Assembly (NCBI GenBank): GCA_031414775.1
Contig: JANOQI010000027.1
Coordinates: forward strand, 1-32,668
DNA from: Synechococcales cyanobacterium VAR_4_metabat_354
GTDB taxonomy: Bacteria; Cyanobacteriota; Cyanobacteriia; Cyanobacteriales; Chamaesiphonaceae
Length of the DNA stretch: 32,668 bases
Direction: 5' to 3'
A model generated the notes under the pieces. The model saw nothing but the letters and a program-made list of their open reading frames with translations, searched no databases and was not told the DNA's origin. Below, one piece after another: positions 8,589 to 19,632 of this stretch. Every line of letters begins with the position of its first letter. Positions within the stretch are counted from its first letter, which is position 1. A program made the position numbers and the translations under genes.

Positions 8589-9842
8589 TTATGCTCGACG
8601 ACATCCTTTTGCGTTCGCGGAGCGTCGGCGTTGCTGAATAGTATCCCGCGACACCTTGAAATATGTCGATGCCCGACTCATATCAAAATATAGTAAATAG
8701 TCTTGATCGAGACTGATTTTCTCTTGGGGTGTTGACGGCTGAACACCCTGCGCTTTTAAAATTTCACTGGCTACTGCTCGTGCCAATAGAGGCGGTACAC
8801 TATTACCAATTTGGCGGCAGCCATGCCACTTAGTAGCATTTAACCGGAACCAATCGGGATATGAATGTAATCTAGCCGCCTCCCGCACTGTAATTACCCG
8901 TGACCAGTAGGGATGAATTGGGCGAGGTGAAGTGTAGGCACCTCTAGCACTATCTGTACCAGCCCGCAATGTATTGCACAATCCCTCTGGCTCTAGCTTA
9001 CGCAAGCGGCTAATCGGTTCAGTTTTGCCCTGAAGCGTAGCGGCAAATCGTTCTTGCGACAATTGAGCATGTCTAGTGCGCCAACTGCCGGTCAGTAGGT
9101 GCGGATCGAAATTACGCTGATAGCTGTAATCTTGGGGATCAGCATCGAAACCTCTTAACTTGCGGGCATAAGGGCTAAGTGTTTCCCAAGTTGTTGATAC
9201 TACATCAGTGGTAATAAGGACATCGAATATATCGCTATTGGGGAGATCTCCGATCGCATCCCAAACGGTTACTCTATTTTGCTCAGGTTCCGGATATTTT
9301 GGTACTGGTAAACTCTGGCGCGCACCGATTAAAAATAACCGCCGCCGATCTTGGGGCACTCCATAATCAGCGGCGTTCAATACTTGATACGGCGACATTA
9401 CACTATAGCCATTAGCGCCTAATGCTGTGATCAGTTCTGTTAAAAACTGACTATGCTTGCCCAGGGTTAGACCTCGGACATTTTCAAAGACAAAGTACTT
9501 GGGATTTAATTCCTTAACTAGGCGCACATAGTGAAATACTAACTGATTGCGAGGATCGTCTAGTACCCGCTTGCCCATTAAAGAAAAGCCCTGACAGGGA
9601 GCACCACCGAAGACTACGTCAATATCTTTTTTTGCTAGTTTTACCCGGTGCCGAATTTCAGCACCGGTAAGATTAACTACATTGGCACAAATTGTAGTGG
9701 TGTGGGGGAAATTATACTCGTGAGTTGCACAATGAATTGGGTCAATTTCCACTGCTGCTACCACATCGAAACCAGCCTGCTCAAAGCCCAGAGACATCCC
9801 CCCTGCACCAGCAAAAAGGTCGATTCCGATCGGTCTACTCAT
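8589..9842 (-). CDS. Orphan C5-cytosine DNA methyltransferase, probably CGATCG-specific (M.Ssp6803I/DmtC-like)
   Basis: IDLFAGAGG (motif I), APCQGFS (IV), FENV (VI), PQDRRR (VIII) and QIGNSVPP (X). The LCNTLRAGTDS.RGAYT.PRPIH segment resembles the cyanobacterial HIP1-core methyltransferase as recalled. No adjacent endonuclease. Confidence 0.85.
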   Translation of the reverse strand: MSRPIGIDLFAGAGGMSLGFEQAGFDVVAAVEIDPIHCATHEYNFPHTTTICANVVNLTGAEIRHRVKLAKKDIDVVFGGAPCQGFSLMGKRVLDDPRNQLVFHYVRLVKELNPKYFVFENVRGLTLGKHSQFLTELITALGANGYSVMSPYQVLNAADYGVPQDRRRLFLIGARQSLPVPKYPEPEQNRVTVWDAIGDLPNSDIFDVLITTDVVSTTWETLSPYARKLRGFDADPQDYSYQRNFDPHLLTGSWRTRHAQLSQERFAATLQGKTEPISRLRKLEPEGLCNTLRAGTDSARGAYTSPRPIHPYWSRVITVREAARLHSYPDWFRLNATKWHGCRQIGNSVPPLLARAVASEILKAQGVQPSTPQEKISLDQDYLLYFDMSRASTYFKVSRDTIQQRRRSANAKGCRRA

Positions 9843-9845
9843 GTC

Positions 9846-11174
9846 TTAGTTAGCTACTAATGTCAAAATTTGACCCAACATATTCATGGTTTCCTCATAC
9901 AACCAATCGTGACCTGAGCGACTGAAATAAGTACTTACTAGTTGCTCTGCATTTTGGTCGGAGAGGGAATTAACTTGCTCGACTTGGCAAATCTGTGCTC
10001 CGCCTTTTAGCTCCATCTGCATACAACCGGCTGTTTCTGAGCAAAGAATTGTGCAACAGTTGGCATCGGGATTCGTGGAAAATAGCTTGATCCCCATTAG
10101 ATCGCCCACTACCTCGCCGACTTCGGCTAAGGGCACACTGGCTAGCTCTGCTTTCACTTCCCGACCAGTACTAGATTGGAAGCTGATTTTGCGCAGATTG
10201 TAGTCACCACCGGGGTGGCTATAGCCAGTGGGTATCCAACCTAAACGTCCAGCCAGCCAGGCCAAATACAGCCAAGCTTGCGCCGAACTGCCCCGCTCAA
10301 AATTAATTTCCACTTCATCAATTTCCATGATCGATCGACGACGCTCGGGCGGATCAAAGGTGGCGGCGGTGAGTTCTTGCCAGGGTGCAATCCGCTGCCA
10401 GTTGATATCTACTAGTGGCAAGTTTTGCGCCAGTAATCCGGGCACCTGTTGCAGATCGGCAGCGGAGTTGGAAAAGGTTGCTGAATCCAAGATCACATTG
10501 GTGACACTATTGGCCAGACTCAGGAATAATTCGCGATCGTGTCCGGGGGTACCTTTCCACCACAAGAATTGGGGTAGCCCAGGTATCAATAGCTCTTGGA
10601 TCGACTCACTATATTTTTCTAACGCTGCTGACGAGCCAGCCAGCGTAATATATTCGCAACAGACCATCCGGCTTTGGTGTTGCTTTTTGATCGGACAATA
10701 GGCTGACACCTGAGCTTGCAAGATATGGTCGGCTTCTACTGTCTCGCACAGAGCAATAATTCGACAGGGGTTAGCTTGGGCGATTGCATCTGCTGCCCGA
10801 TAGTTTTGCTCGGCGTGGGTGGGGGTGATTCCTTGCTTGCTGGCTGCTAAATAAACTTCTTTTAGCTTCGTAAAAGTGGTTTCATCGGCACGACCGGTGA
10901 TCGGCAAATCATAGGCTTTTTGGGCATTCAACAGAGCATCTCTAGTTAGCGGCCCCATGATCCCATCGATCGGACCATCATAAAACCCGATGACGGTCAG
11001 TAGATGTTGAATTGGCTCCGGCTCGTAAACTACTAAAGTGAAAGTCGATGCTCGTACCGCCGTGCTCGCAGAATTCTGCCAAATGTCATTTAACTCGGTG
11101 GTAATAGCATCGATCGCAATCTCCTTGGGAGACAGTAACCGTACCACCGGCAAAGCTTGAATTGTTGTAGTCAT
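9846..11174 (-). CDS. opcA: Glucose-6-phosphate dehydrogenase allosteric activator OpcA
   Basis: RASTFTLVVYEP, PG-binding-like insert, NPCRII, AYCPI, CCEYITL, FLWWKG and CCTILCSE; directly downstream of zwf. Confidence 0.92.
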   Translation of the reverse strand: MTTTIQALPVVRLLSPKEIAIDAITTELNDIWQNSASTAVRASTFTLVVYEPEPIQHLLTVIGFYDGPIDGIMGPLTRDALLNAQKAYDLPITGRADETTFTKLKEVYLAASKQGITPTHAEQNYRAADAIAQANPCRIIALCETVEADHILQAQVSAYCPIKKQHQSRMVCCEYITLAGSSAALEKYSESIQELLIPGLPQFLWWKGTPGHDRELFLSLANSVTNVILDSATFSNSAADLQQVPGLLAQNLPLVDINWQRIAPWQELTAATFDPPERRRSIMEIDEVEINFERGSSAQAWLYLAWLAGRLGWIPTGYSHPGGDYNLRKISFQSSTGREVKAELASVPLAEVGEVVGDLMGIKLFSTNPDANCCTILCSETAGCMQMELKGGAQICQVEQVNSLSDQNAEQLVSTYFSRSGHDWLYEETMNMLGQILTLVAN

Positions 11175-11192
11175 AGTTTCAGGATTATGGGT

Positions 11193-12722
11193 TTAGATCC
11201 GGCGCCACCGACGGCCATCTTGGTTGAGTAATAGTTCTGCTTCGATTGGTTCCCAAGTTCCTGCCGGGTAAGTTGGCATGTTGTTGGGATTACGATCGGA
11301 CTCCCAGGCTGATAAAGCCGGAGTAACAATCCGCCAGGCTTCTTCCACTTCATCGGCACGAGTGAAGAGGGTTTGGTCTCCTAACATACAGTCTAACAAC
11401 AGTCGATCGTATGCGTCGGAGCTTTTGATCCCAAAGCTAGAACCGTAGCCAAAATCCATATCGACGGTGCGGGTGCGGAGATCGGGTCCAGGCATCTTGG
11501 CTTCAAAGCGCATCGAGATTCCTTCATCAGGGTAAATCTGGAGCACTAATACATTAGGATTAGCTTGTTTGGCCGCCGATTGAAAGATCCCCCAGGGCAC
11601 TTTTTTAAACTGAATAGCAATCTCTGAAACCTTTTTGGGCATTCGTTTACCGGTACGTAGGTAGAAAGGCACTCCTTGCCAGCGCCAGTTGTCGATCGAG
11701 AACTTCATCGATACATAAGTAGGCGTGGTGGAATCTGCGGCCACGCCGGTTTCTTCGCGATAACCCGGTACTCCTTTACCCTTCATTGAACCAGCCGTGT
11801 ACTGACCGCGCACCGCACAGCGTTCTAGATTTTGCAGATCAGCTAAGTGGGTAGCTTGCAACACTTTGAGCTTCTCGGTACGGATGCTATCGGCATCCAA
11901 GGAGTTGGGCGCTTCCATGGCCGTCAGACAAAAAGTCTGCATTAGGTGATTTTGGAGCATGTCCCGCAGGGCACCAGCCGATTCATAATAGCCTGCCCGG
12001 TCTTCCACCCCCACTGTTTCGGCCACGGTGATCTGCACATGGTCGATGTAATGACGATTCCAGAGCGGTTCAAAAATGGCATTAGCAAACCGAAACACCA
12101 ACAGGTTTTGGACAGTTTCCTTGCCTAAATAGTGGTCGATGCGGTAGACCTGTTTTTCTTTGCAGACCTTCTGCACCACTTGATTCAGGTTCTGTGCTGA
12201 GTTCAAATCGCGACCAAAGGGCTTCTCAATCACCAGCCGCTGCTTATCGGGATCGTTGAGCATTCCGGCGGCACCGAGTTGTTCGATCGCCTCGGGAAAG
12301 AAGCTCGGTGATACCGAGAGGTAAAAGACCCGATTTCCTTTTGTTTGACGTTTTTCATCCAATTCGCCCAGGAAAGCTTTCAGCCTTTGGTAACTTTCTG
12401 GTTTGTCGATGTCGCCAGGGCAGTAATAAAGTCCTTGAGCAAAATCTTCCCAAGCGGCTTCGTTATTGATGCCGTCGCCAAACTCTTCCACTCCTTTTTT
12501 CAGGTGCTCGCGGAAATATTCGTGGCTCCAATCTCGTCTGGCTACTCCGACGATCGTAATTTCGGGGGGCATCCGCCGATCGAGCTTCATCTGGTAGATG
12601 GCTGGTACTAATTTACGCTGGGTCAAGTCCCCAGAAGCGCCAAAGATTACAATAATCTGCGGCTCGGGCAGTTTTTCTTGGCGGAGTCCGACCCGGAGGG
12701 GATTGGTCAATAATGATGTCAT
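11193..12722 (-). CDS. zwf: Glucose-6-phosphate 1-dehydrogenase
   Basis: [22 protein letters not shown] and [13 protein letters not shown]. Confidence 0.97.
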   Translation of the reverse strand: MTSLLTNPLRVGLRQEKLPEPQIIVIFGASGDLTQRKLVPAIYQMKLDRRMPPEITIVGVARRDWSHEYFREHLKKGVEEFGDGINNEAAWEDFAQGLYYCPGDIDKPESYQRLKAFLGELDEKRQTKGNRVFYLSVSPSFFPEAIEQLGAAGMLNDPDKQRLVIEKPFGRDLNSAQNLNQVVQKVCKEKQVYRIDHYLGKETVQNLLVFRFANAIFEPLWNRHYIDHVQITVAETVGVEDRAGYYESAGALRDMLQNHLMQTFCLTAMEAPNSLDADSIRTEKLKVLQATHLADLQNLERCAVRGQYTAGSMKGKGVPGYREETGVAADSTTPTYVSMKFSIDNWRWQGVPFYLRTGKRMPKKVSEIAIQFKKVPWGIFQSAAKQANPNVLVLQIYPDEGISMRFEAKMPGPDLRTRTVDMDFGYGSSFGIKSSDAYDRLLLDCMLGDQTLFTRADEVEEAWRIVTPALSAWESDRNPNNMPTYPAGTWEPIEAELLLNQDGRRWRRI

Positions 12723-12735
12723 AGAAGGTATTTAA

Positions 12736-13884
12736 TTATTTAGCAATGGCGAGCGCGTCAATCTTGGCTTGCAAGCTAGCCATCAGTGTCACAAAAGGTT
12801 GGACGAATTTGTCGATGCCATCCACCAACAGCTCTGCCATTACTTCGTCTAAGTCGATGCCCACATCGGCATCAGCCAAACTAGCAATCAGGCTCCGGGC
12901 TTCATCTACTCCCGCTTCAATTCGACTGGCCGGATCGCAATGGTCGGCGCAGGCTTCGATCGTTTGGGGTGGCAGGGTATTGACCGTATCGTCGCCAATC
13001 AAACCATCGACATACATGACGTCGCTGTAGCTGGGATCTTTGGTGCCGGTACTGGCCCACAGTAGCCTTTGCACTCTTGCGCCTTTAGCTGCTAATTTTT
13101 GCCAACGCTCGCTTTCAATAATTTTTTTGTATTCTTGGTAGGCGACTTTGGCGTTAGCGATCGCAATCTGACCTTTCAATCCATGCAATTTGGTTTGCAA
13201 CGTTTCGTCGGTGGTGGATTTAATCAGGTTGTCCAAGCGTTTGTCGATATTAGAATCAATCCGGCTCAAGAAAAAACTAGCCACCGAGGAAATATTATTA
13301 ACCGCCAAGCCCTTGGCCATTCTGGACTCTAAACCGCGAATGTACGCCCAGGCTGTGGCTACATAATTTTCTACTGAAAATAGTAAGGTGACGTTGACGT
13401 TGATCCCCTCGGCGATCACCTTTTCGACAGCGGGCAGACCCTCCGGGGTGCCGGGGATCTTAATCATCACATTGGGACGATTAATGGACTGGTAGTAGCG
13501 CAGGGCTTCACTAATGGTTTTTTCGGTATCAGCAGCAATGGTCGGAGGGACTTCGATGCTGACATAGCCATCAATGCCATTAGATTTGTTGTAAATCGGC
13601 ATTAGGACATCAGCGGCCATCTGAATATCAGTGAATACTAAAGATTCATAGATTTCTGCCAGGGATTTCCCTGCCCGGATTCCGGCTTCAATATCTTGAT
13701 CGTAGACCGCATTACCAACAATCGCCTTTTCGAAAATTGCTGGGTTGGAAGTAATTCCTAATACCCCGCGCGACTCGATTAACGTGGCCAACTCTCCCGA
13801 CGTGAGTAAGTCACGACTGAGGTTGTCCATCCAAATGCTTTGGCCAAACTGCTGTTCGATTTCTAATATGTGGTTGGTCGCCAT
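12736..13884 (-). CDS. tal: Transaldolase (type 2)
   Basis: SIWMDNLSR, GITSNPAIF, MIKIPGT, VNVTLLFS, ASFFLSRID and RLLWASTGTK. The start could be ATG 13884 or up to two codons upstream. Confidence 0.95.
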   Translation of the reverse strand: MATNHILEIEQQFGQSIWMDNLSRDLLTSGELATLIESRGVLGITSNPAIFEKAIVGNAVYDQDIEAGIRAGKSLAEIYESLVFTDIQMAADVLMPIYNKSNGIDGYVSIEVPPTIAADTEKTISEALRYYQSINRPNVMIKIPGTPEGLPAVEKVIAEGINVNVTLLFSVENYVATAWAYIRGLESRMAKGLAVNNISSVASFFLSRIDSNIDKRLDNLIKSTTDETLQTKLHGLKGQIAIANAKVAYQEYKKIIESERWQKLAAKGARVQRLLWASTGTKDPSYSDVMYVDGLIGDDTVNTLPPQTIEACADHCDPASRIEAGVDEARSLIASLADADVGIDLDEVMAELLVDGIDKFVQPFVTLMASLQAKIDALAIAK

Positions 13885-13942
13885 CACCAAAACTCCTAAT
13901 CAATGCAAAACTTACGGACAGACTGGCAATATTTTCTCTACC

Positions 13943-14977
13943 CTAGCTGATCCCCACCCGGACTGCTGGATCTTTGCTGGCTAGAGCATTAATAAATGAT
14001 TCGACGAGGGCGACATCCTCGGAACTGCCGATGATTAGGGGCGTGCGGGTATGGATTTGGTCGGGTACGACATCCAGAATATCTTGATTGCCCGTGCTGG
14101 CTCGACCTCCGGCTTGCTCGATCAAAAAAGCCAGTGGTGCACACTCATAAAGTAACCTTAGTTTGCCTTGGGGCTTTTTGGTGGTGCCAGGATAGATAAA
14201 TACGCCGCCCTGTAATAATATCCGGTGCATGTCGCCCACTAGGGCACCACTGTAACGGGCGGTGTAACCGGGATGACGGTGGACATACTTAATATAGTCG
14301 CGGTAGGCTTCTGGCCATTGCCAGTAGTTGCCTTCGTTGACGCTATAAACGCTGCCATTACTGGGGATTTGGATATTTTCGGTAGCCAGAATGAACTCGC
14401 CCAGGCTGGGGTCAAGAATAAAGCTGTGGACACCAGTGCCGATCGAATAGACCAAGGTAGTACTGTGACCGTACAAAATGTAGCCAGCGGCGATCTGGTT
14501 GCGCCCGTCTTGCAGCCAATCTTCCGGGGCATCACCATCTTGGCGGCGAATGGCAAAGATTGATCCCACGTTTAGATTCACATCTAAATTTGAGGAACCA
14601 TCGATCGGATCGTAAAGCAGAGTGTAGCGGCTCAGAGCACAATTTTCATCAATTGTGTAAGGCTCGGCCATTTCTTCGGAGGCCAACCGACAGATTAAGC
14701 CGCTTTGGCGAAAGACGGTGATGAACACCTCGTTAGCATAGGCATCCATCTGTTTGACTTCTTCGCCCTGGATATTGGTTTCGCCGGTAAAGCCCAGGGC
14801 ATTGGCCATTAATCCAGCCTGACTGAGCCGCCTTGCAATGAGCTTGCCAGCTAAAGCAATGCGGTTCATGATCGCGCTCAAATCTTGAGCGTTATTGTCA
14901 AAGCTCTGGAGCTGCTGGAGAATGTGGCGAGACAGGGTTGTGCAGTCGCGATCAAGGGATGGTTCGTTGTTCAGCAT
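13943..14977 (-). CDS. fbp: Fructose-1,6-bisphosphatase class 1
   Basis: [28 protein letters not shown] and GKLRLLYE; first gene of fbp-tal-zwf-opcA. Confidence 0.95.
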   Translation of the reverse strand: MLNNEPSLDRDCTTLSRHILQQLQSFDNNAQDLSAIMNRIALAGKLIARRLSQAGLMANALGFTGETNIQGEEVKQMDAYANEVFITVFRQSGLICRLASEEMAEPYTIDENCALSRYTLLYDPIDGSSNLDVNLNVGSIFAIRRQDGDAPEDWLQDGRNQIAAGYILYGHSTTLVYSIGTGVHSFILDPSLGEFILATENIQIPSNGSVYSVNEGNYWQWPEAYRDYIKYVHRHPGYTARYSGALVGDMHRILLQGGVFIYPGTTKKPQGKLRLLYECAPLAFLIEQAGGRASTGNQDILDVVPDQIHTRTPLIIGSSEDVALVESFINALASKDPAVRVGIS

Positions 14978-15252
14978 GGATATGTGCCGTGGGGTTTCCC
15001 TGCTTTTGTATTACCTAATGTTAAGCGAGTAAATTGCTCGATCGAAGAAAATTTGGCACAATCTTAAGCTTTGATCAATATTTTGCAACCTGGTAATCGA
15101 TCGATTCCAGTAATGAGATGGGCAAAACCGTCTATTAAGATTGGTAACATCCGCATCGATCTTACTATTTCGGCTGGGAATTTCCCATGCTAAAGTCAAC
15201 ATGTGCTCAGTATGGATCACACACCATTAATTCAATACGAGGCTTTATATAA

Positions 15253-15630
15253 ATGTCTGACATTGGTACTGATAAATCCAAACGTTTTCTACTTTCTCTG
15301 GTCTGTCACAGCTTCACGTTAATTGGCGTTTCGCTACTATCGATTGCCGCTCCGATCGCAGTTTTGTTCGTTTCTGACGACCAAGTTGTACGCCAAAATG
15401 CCAAAGAATCAATCAATTTTCACCTAAATATCTGGTTTTGGGCAGCTGTAATTGGCGGTATTTATGGATTTTTGTCTTTGATCACTTTTGGATTATTAGG
15501 CTTGATTCTGTGGCCAATCGTTGCTTTCGGTTTCTTGTGGCATTTTGGTTGGTCAGTAATGGCCATTTTGCATACAATTACTAATACCAACGAACCTTAT
15601 CGCTACCCTTTCATTTTTAGATTGCTCTAA
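15253..15630 (+). CDS. DUF4870-like membrane protein
   Basis: Hydrophobic helices, V..NAKESINF and C-terminal PYRYPFIFRLL. Confidence 0.75.
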   Translation: MSDIGTDKSKRFLLSLVCHSFTLIGVSLLSIAAPIAVLFVSDDQVVRQNAKESINFHLNIWFWAAVIGGIYGFLSLITFGLLGLILWPIVAFGFLWHFGWSVMAILHTITNTNEPYRYPFIFRLL

Positions 15631-15739
15631 CTTCACTCAGTATCTCAGTCAGTTGGGTAGGTGGCACATATCGATCGATAAAGTGCTATTTGTCGAGGTA
15701 ATCTAAAGGTATTCCTATCTTGTTGAACCCGATGTAATT

Positions 15740-17668
15740 ATGGCTGCTCAAAATTATCCCTATCCGCTGACCGCTCTAGAACGTCAGAACTTCGAGCAGA
15801 CAGCCAGTTATCTCGAAATCAACTCGCTAACTGAGATTTGGCCACTGGCAGCAAAGCGGTTTGGTCAGGTGGTGGCGCTGCATGCGCCCCATCTGAAACC
15901 AGTGGTTTCCATTACTTACCAGGAAATGTATGAACAGATGCTGGCTTTTGCCACTGGTCTCCAACTGCTAGGGGTGAAACCTCGCACAGCCGTAGCCATG
16001 TTTGCCGATAATAGTCCGCGCTGGTTCATTGCTGATCAGGGCACCATGATGTCGGGGGCTTTTAATGCGGTGCGTAGCTCCCAGGCCGAAACCCAAGAAT
16101 TATTTTCAATTTTAAGTAATAGTGAAAGCCAGACGCTGATTGTCGAAGATCTTAAAACTCTCCAAAAACTAGGTAGTCAGCTTTATGACCAGCCGATCGA
16201 ACTAGTTATTTTACTTTCGGACGAAGATACTGATATTTCGGTACCAACCAAAATTCTGAATTTTGAACAGTTATTAGCTCTGGGTCGGACTGGGACGTTG
16301 CAGCCACCCAACTTGCAGCCTACCGATTTGGCCACTCTAATCTATACTTCTGGTACTTCTGGCAATCCGAAAGGGGTGATGCTTACCTATGCCAATTTGC
16401 TACATCAAATCAATACCGCTGGCACTGTCGTGCAGCCTCGACCAGGTGATCGGGTATTAAGTATTTTGCCTTCTTGGCACAGTTATGAGCGTACCTGCGA
16501 GTATTTCTTGCTCTCTCAGGGTTGTACGCAAACCTACACCAATATTCGTTACCTTAAGCAAGATTTGCGTGAACATAAACCGCACTATATGGTAGCTGTG
16601 CCCCGATTATGGGAATCGATCTATGAAGGTGCTCAAAAGCAGTTTCGCGAGCAGCCCGCCAGTAAGCAAAAATTGGTGAATTTTTTCTTCAAAATAAGCC
16701 AAAATTATCTTCAAGCGCATCGGATAGTAACTGGTTTGGATATCGATCGACAGTTTAGCTCTGGCAATAAACTGGGTGCCCAGCTGAAAAGTATGTTGCT
16801 GAAACCACTGCATCAACTGGGTGACAAGTTGGTCTATCAAAAAGTGCGATCGGCTACCGGTGGCCAGATTGTACACATCATTAATGGCGGCGGTGCTTTG
16901 CCTCTGCACATCGACAACTTTTTTGACATTGTGGGGGTCAGTATTTTAGTGGGCTACGGCCTAACCGAAACTGCGCCGATTACCAACGTCCGGCGACCTT
17001 GGCGCAACCTGCGCCCGACTTCTGGTCAGCCCATGCCCGCTACCGAGATTCGGATTGTGGATTTAGACACCCGGCAAACTCTACCCACAGGTGAACGGGG
17101 CTTGATTCTGATTCGGGGTCCGCAGGTGATGCAGGGCTACTATCGCAACCCCGAAGCTACAGCTAAGGCGATCGATCCCGAAGGCTGGTTCGATAGTGGA
17201 GACTTAGGCTGGCTGACTCCCCAAGGAGATTTGACCATCACCGGTCGTGCTAAAGATACGATCGTCCTCAGCAATGGTGAAAATATTGAACCGCTGTCGA
17301 TCGAAAATGCCTGCCTCCTGAGTAGCTATATTGGCCAAATTGTTTTGGTGGGACAAGATGCCAAATATTTAGGAGCCTTAATTGTCCCCAACCAAGAAGC
17401 CTTAATCAGTTGGGGCGCTACCCAATCACAGCCTTGGATCGAAGGAAATCTAGCTGATCCACGCCTGACCGAGTTGTTCAGAGGAGAATTAACCAGACTG
17501 GTTAAAGACCGACCGGGCTATCGATCGGACGATCGGATCGTAACCTTTAGGCTTGTGTCTGAGCCATTTTCAGTCGAAAATGGTCTACTGACCCAGAAAC
17601 TGTCTCTCAAGAGACATGTGGTCATGGAACGCTATCGCGATACTATTAACGAGATGTTTGCTAACTAG
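15740..17668 (+). CDS. aas: Acyl-ACP synthetase / long-chain fatty acid ligase
   Basis: YTSGTSGNPKGVML, VGYGLTET, GWFDSGDLG and GRAKDTIVLSNGENIEP; synteny with ylqD-pdhC. Confidence 0.88.
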   Translation: MAAQNYPYPLTALERQNFEQTASYLEINSLTEIWPLAAKRFGQVVALHAPHLKPVVSITYQEMYEQMLAFATGLQLLGVKPRTAVAMFADNSPRWFIADQGTMMSGAFNAVRSSQAETQELFSILSNSESQTLIVEDLKTLQKLGSQLYDQPIELVILLSDEDTDISVPTKILNFEQLLALGRTGTLQPPNLQPTDLATLIYTSGTSGNPKGVMLTYANLLHQINTAGTVVQPRPGDRVLSILPSWHSYERTCEYFLLSQGCTQTYTNIRYLKQDLREHKPHYMVAVPRLWESIYEGAQKQFREQPASKQKLVNFFFKISQNYLQAHRIVTGLDIDRQFSSGNKLGAQLKSMLLKPLHQLGDKLVYQKVRSATGGQIVHIINGGGALPLHIDNFFDIVGVSILVGYGLTETAPITNVRRPWRNLRPTSGQPMPATEIRIVDLDTRQTLPTGERGLILIRGPQVMQGYYRNPEATAKAIDPEGWFDSGDLGWLTPQGDLTITGRAKDTIVLSNGENIEPLSIENACLLSSYIGQIVLVGQDAKYLGALIVPNQEALISWGATQSQPWIEGNLADPRLTELFRGELTRLVKDRPGYRSDDRIVTFRLVSEPFSVENGLLTQKLSLKRHVVMERYRDTINEMFAN

Positions 17669-17714
17669 CCCAGTTGCCGGAGCAGCATTTGCCATTATTT
17701 TTGGAAAAATTTTT

Positions 17715-18164
17715 ATGGATCTAAACGCACCCCAGCTATTACTCAAGCGGGTCATTAACGTTAAAACCGTGGTTACTCAGCGCTGGAAAGATGAAACTCA
17801 ACAGGCTATGCAAGGGCAAATCAATGAAGTTGATAGCCAGCTTCAGCAACTAGAAATGCAGGGACAGCAAGCTATTGCCTCAGTCAAACAGCAATCTTTG
17901 CAGCCACCTGGTCCGCAAGTAATGCAGCAGATTGAAAGCATTCAAGTTCAAGTTAACGAACAAAAAAGCCAGTTGCTAGAGCAAAAAAATGGCGTTCTCC
18001 AACAGTTGCAACAAGTGCAATTTTTGGAATTGAATCAAGAGGTGGGAATTACCCAACTTGATAGTACTTTTGCTGTCCAAGTCGGTGATAACCTCATCGA
18101 GAAGATGAATACTGAAGTATTATTGCGCGACGGCATTGTCATGGAAATACGCGGCATCATTTGA
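17715..18164 (+). CDS. YlqD family protein
   Basis: LLLKR.INVK.VVT.RWK, Gln-rich coiled coil and VGDNLI.KM..EVLLRDGIV.EIR; ATG 17715. Confidence 0.85.
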   Translation: MDLNAPQLLLKRVINVKTVVTQRWKDETQQAMQGQINEVDSQLQQLEMQGQQAIASVKQQSLQPPGPQVMQQIESIQVQVNEQKSQLLEQKNGVLQQLQQVQFLELNQEVGITQLDSTFAVQVGDNLIEKMNTEVLLRDGIVMEIRGII

Positions 18165-18183
18165 TTGATCGCTTAAAATAATT

Positions 18184-18219
18184 GCGGCAGCCGGAGTCTA
18201 AACAGATTCCTGCTGCCGT
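18184..18219 (+). terminator. Stem-loop between ylqD and pdhC
   Basis: GCGGCAGC...GCTGCCGT outer stem with an inner GGAGTC/GATTCC pairing, followed by a short T run. Confidence 0.5.
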
Positions 18220-18294
18220 TTCTAATAAAAATGTTAAGATGTCCAACTGACTCAACTGTTTTCAATTAAATACTTTTTAGTTTAAAGATTCCCT

Positions 18295-19590
18295 ATGGCA
18301 ATTCGTGAAGTGTTCATGCCCGCCTTGAGTTCTACCATGACCGAGGGCAAAATCGTATCCTGGGCGAAAGCCGCAGGCGACAAAGTAGAAAAGGGCGAAA
18401 CTGTCCTGGTGGTAGAGTCCGACAAAGCGGATATGGATGTGGAATCGTTTGCTGAAGGCTATATTGCCATTATTATGTCGGCAGCCGGTGAGACAGTCCC
18501 TGTCGGGCAAACACTGGCTTTGATCGCCGAAACTATGGAAGAAATGGAAGAAGCCAAGCAGCGCGGTCAAGGAAAAACGACGGCGGCTAGCCCACCGGCT
18601 GTCTCGGTCACTCCGGTTCCGGTGCCAGTGGCTACTGCCGCTGTGACTACAACAGCTCCAGCTGCTGCTACCCAGAAAAGTGGACGACTAGTGGCCTCAC
18701 CTCGTGCCAAGAAATTAGCTAAGGATATGGGCGTTAACATCGAACAATTGGCCGGTACTGGCCCGCATGGTCGGATTGTGGCTGCTGATGTAGCCAATGC
18801 TGCTGGGCAGCCTTTACCAGCCAATATGGTTAGTCCTGCTGCTGCTCCGATCGCAGCCGTCGCAATGGGCGTGGTGGCAGTGGTACCTACGGCAGCACCA
18901 CCAGCAGGCGTGCCAATGGCTAAACTGACACCTTTTAATACCTTGCAGCAGGCCGTGAACCGCAACATGGTGAGCAGCTTGGCGGTACCGACTTTCCGTA
19001 CTGGCTACACCATTACTACTGATAGCCTCGACAAACTCTACAAGCAGCTCAAGCCTAAAGGCGTAACCATGACGGCCCTGTTGGCGAAGGCCGTAGCGGT
19101 GACCTTGGCCAAGTACCCAGTAGTAAACTCCAGTTATACCGATGCTGGTCTGCAACAACATGGGGCGGTCAATATTGCTGTGGCGGTAGCCATGCCTGAT
19201 GGCGGCTTAATTACCCCTGTTTTGGCCAATGCTGACCAAATGGATATTTACTCGCTGTCCCGTGCTTGGAAAGATTTAGTCGATCGATCGCGCGCTAAAC
19301 AGCTTAAACCAGAGGAATACAGCAGCGGTACCTTCACCATCTCCAACTTGGGGATGTTTGGTGTAGATAAGTTTGATGCCATTCTGCCACCCGGTACTGG
19401 CGCGATCTTGGCGATCGGCGCTTCTCGATCTACTGTAGTCGCCACTGCCGATGGCGCAATTGCGGTGCGTCAACAAATGCAGGTCAATATGACTGCCGAT
19501 CATCGGATTATTTACGGTGCCGATGCCGCCGCCTTCTTGCGAGATTTGGCTAAATTGCTAGAAACAAATGCTAGCAGCTTGACCATGTAA
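18295..19590 (+). CDS. pdhC: Pyruvate dehydrogenase E2 (dihydrolipoamide acetyltransferase)
   Basis: Lipoyl domain MPALSSTMTEG...VESDKA, E3-binding ASPRAKKLA...GTGPHGRI and catalytic DHRIIYGAD. Confidence 0.95.
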   Translation: MAIREVFMPALSSTMTEGKIVSWAKAAGDKVEKGETVLVVESDKADMDVESFAEGYIAIIMSAAGETVPVGQTLALIAETMEEMEEAKQRGQGKTTAASPPAVSVTPVPVPVATAAVTTTAPAAATQKSGRLVASPRAKKLAKDMGVNIEQLAGTGPHGRIVAADVANAAGQPLPANMVSPAAAPIAAVAMGVVAVVPTAAPPAGVPMAKLTPFNTLQQAVNRNMVSSLAVPTFRTGYTITTDSLDKLYKQLKPKGVTMTALLAKAVAVTLAKYPVVNSSYTDAGLQQHGAVNIAVAVAMPDGGLITPVLANADQMDIYSLSRAWKDLVDRSRAKQLKPEEYSSGTFTISNLGMFGVDKFDAILPPGTGAILAIGASRSTVVATADGAIAVRQQMQVNMTADHRIIYGADAAAFLRDLAKLLETNASSLTM

Positions 19591-19632
19591 TGTGATGATA
19601 AAATCTGAGCAATCGCACCTCCATCCAACCAT

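Noticed and set aside
10880..11020. Peptidoglycan-binding-like insert in OpcA as a novel fusion
   Set aside because: This is a known feature of many cyanobacterial OpcA proteins.
15011..15220. 69-aa minus-strand ORF upstream of fbp
   Set aside because: No recognisable motif or clear RBS; it occupies the divergent promoter region.
18560..18920. Ala/Pro/Val-rich low-complexity stretch
   Set aside because: Normal flexible linkers of the E2 subunit, not a DNA repeat.
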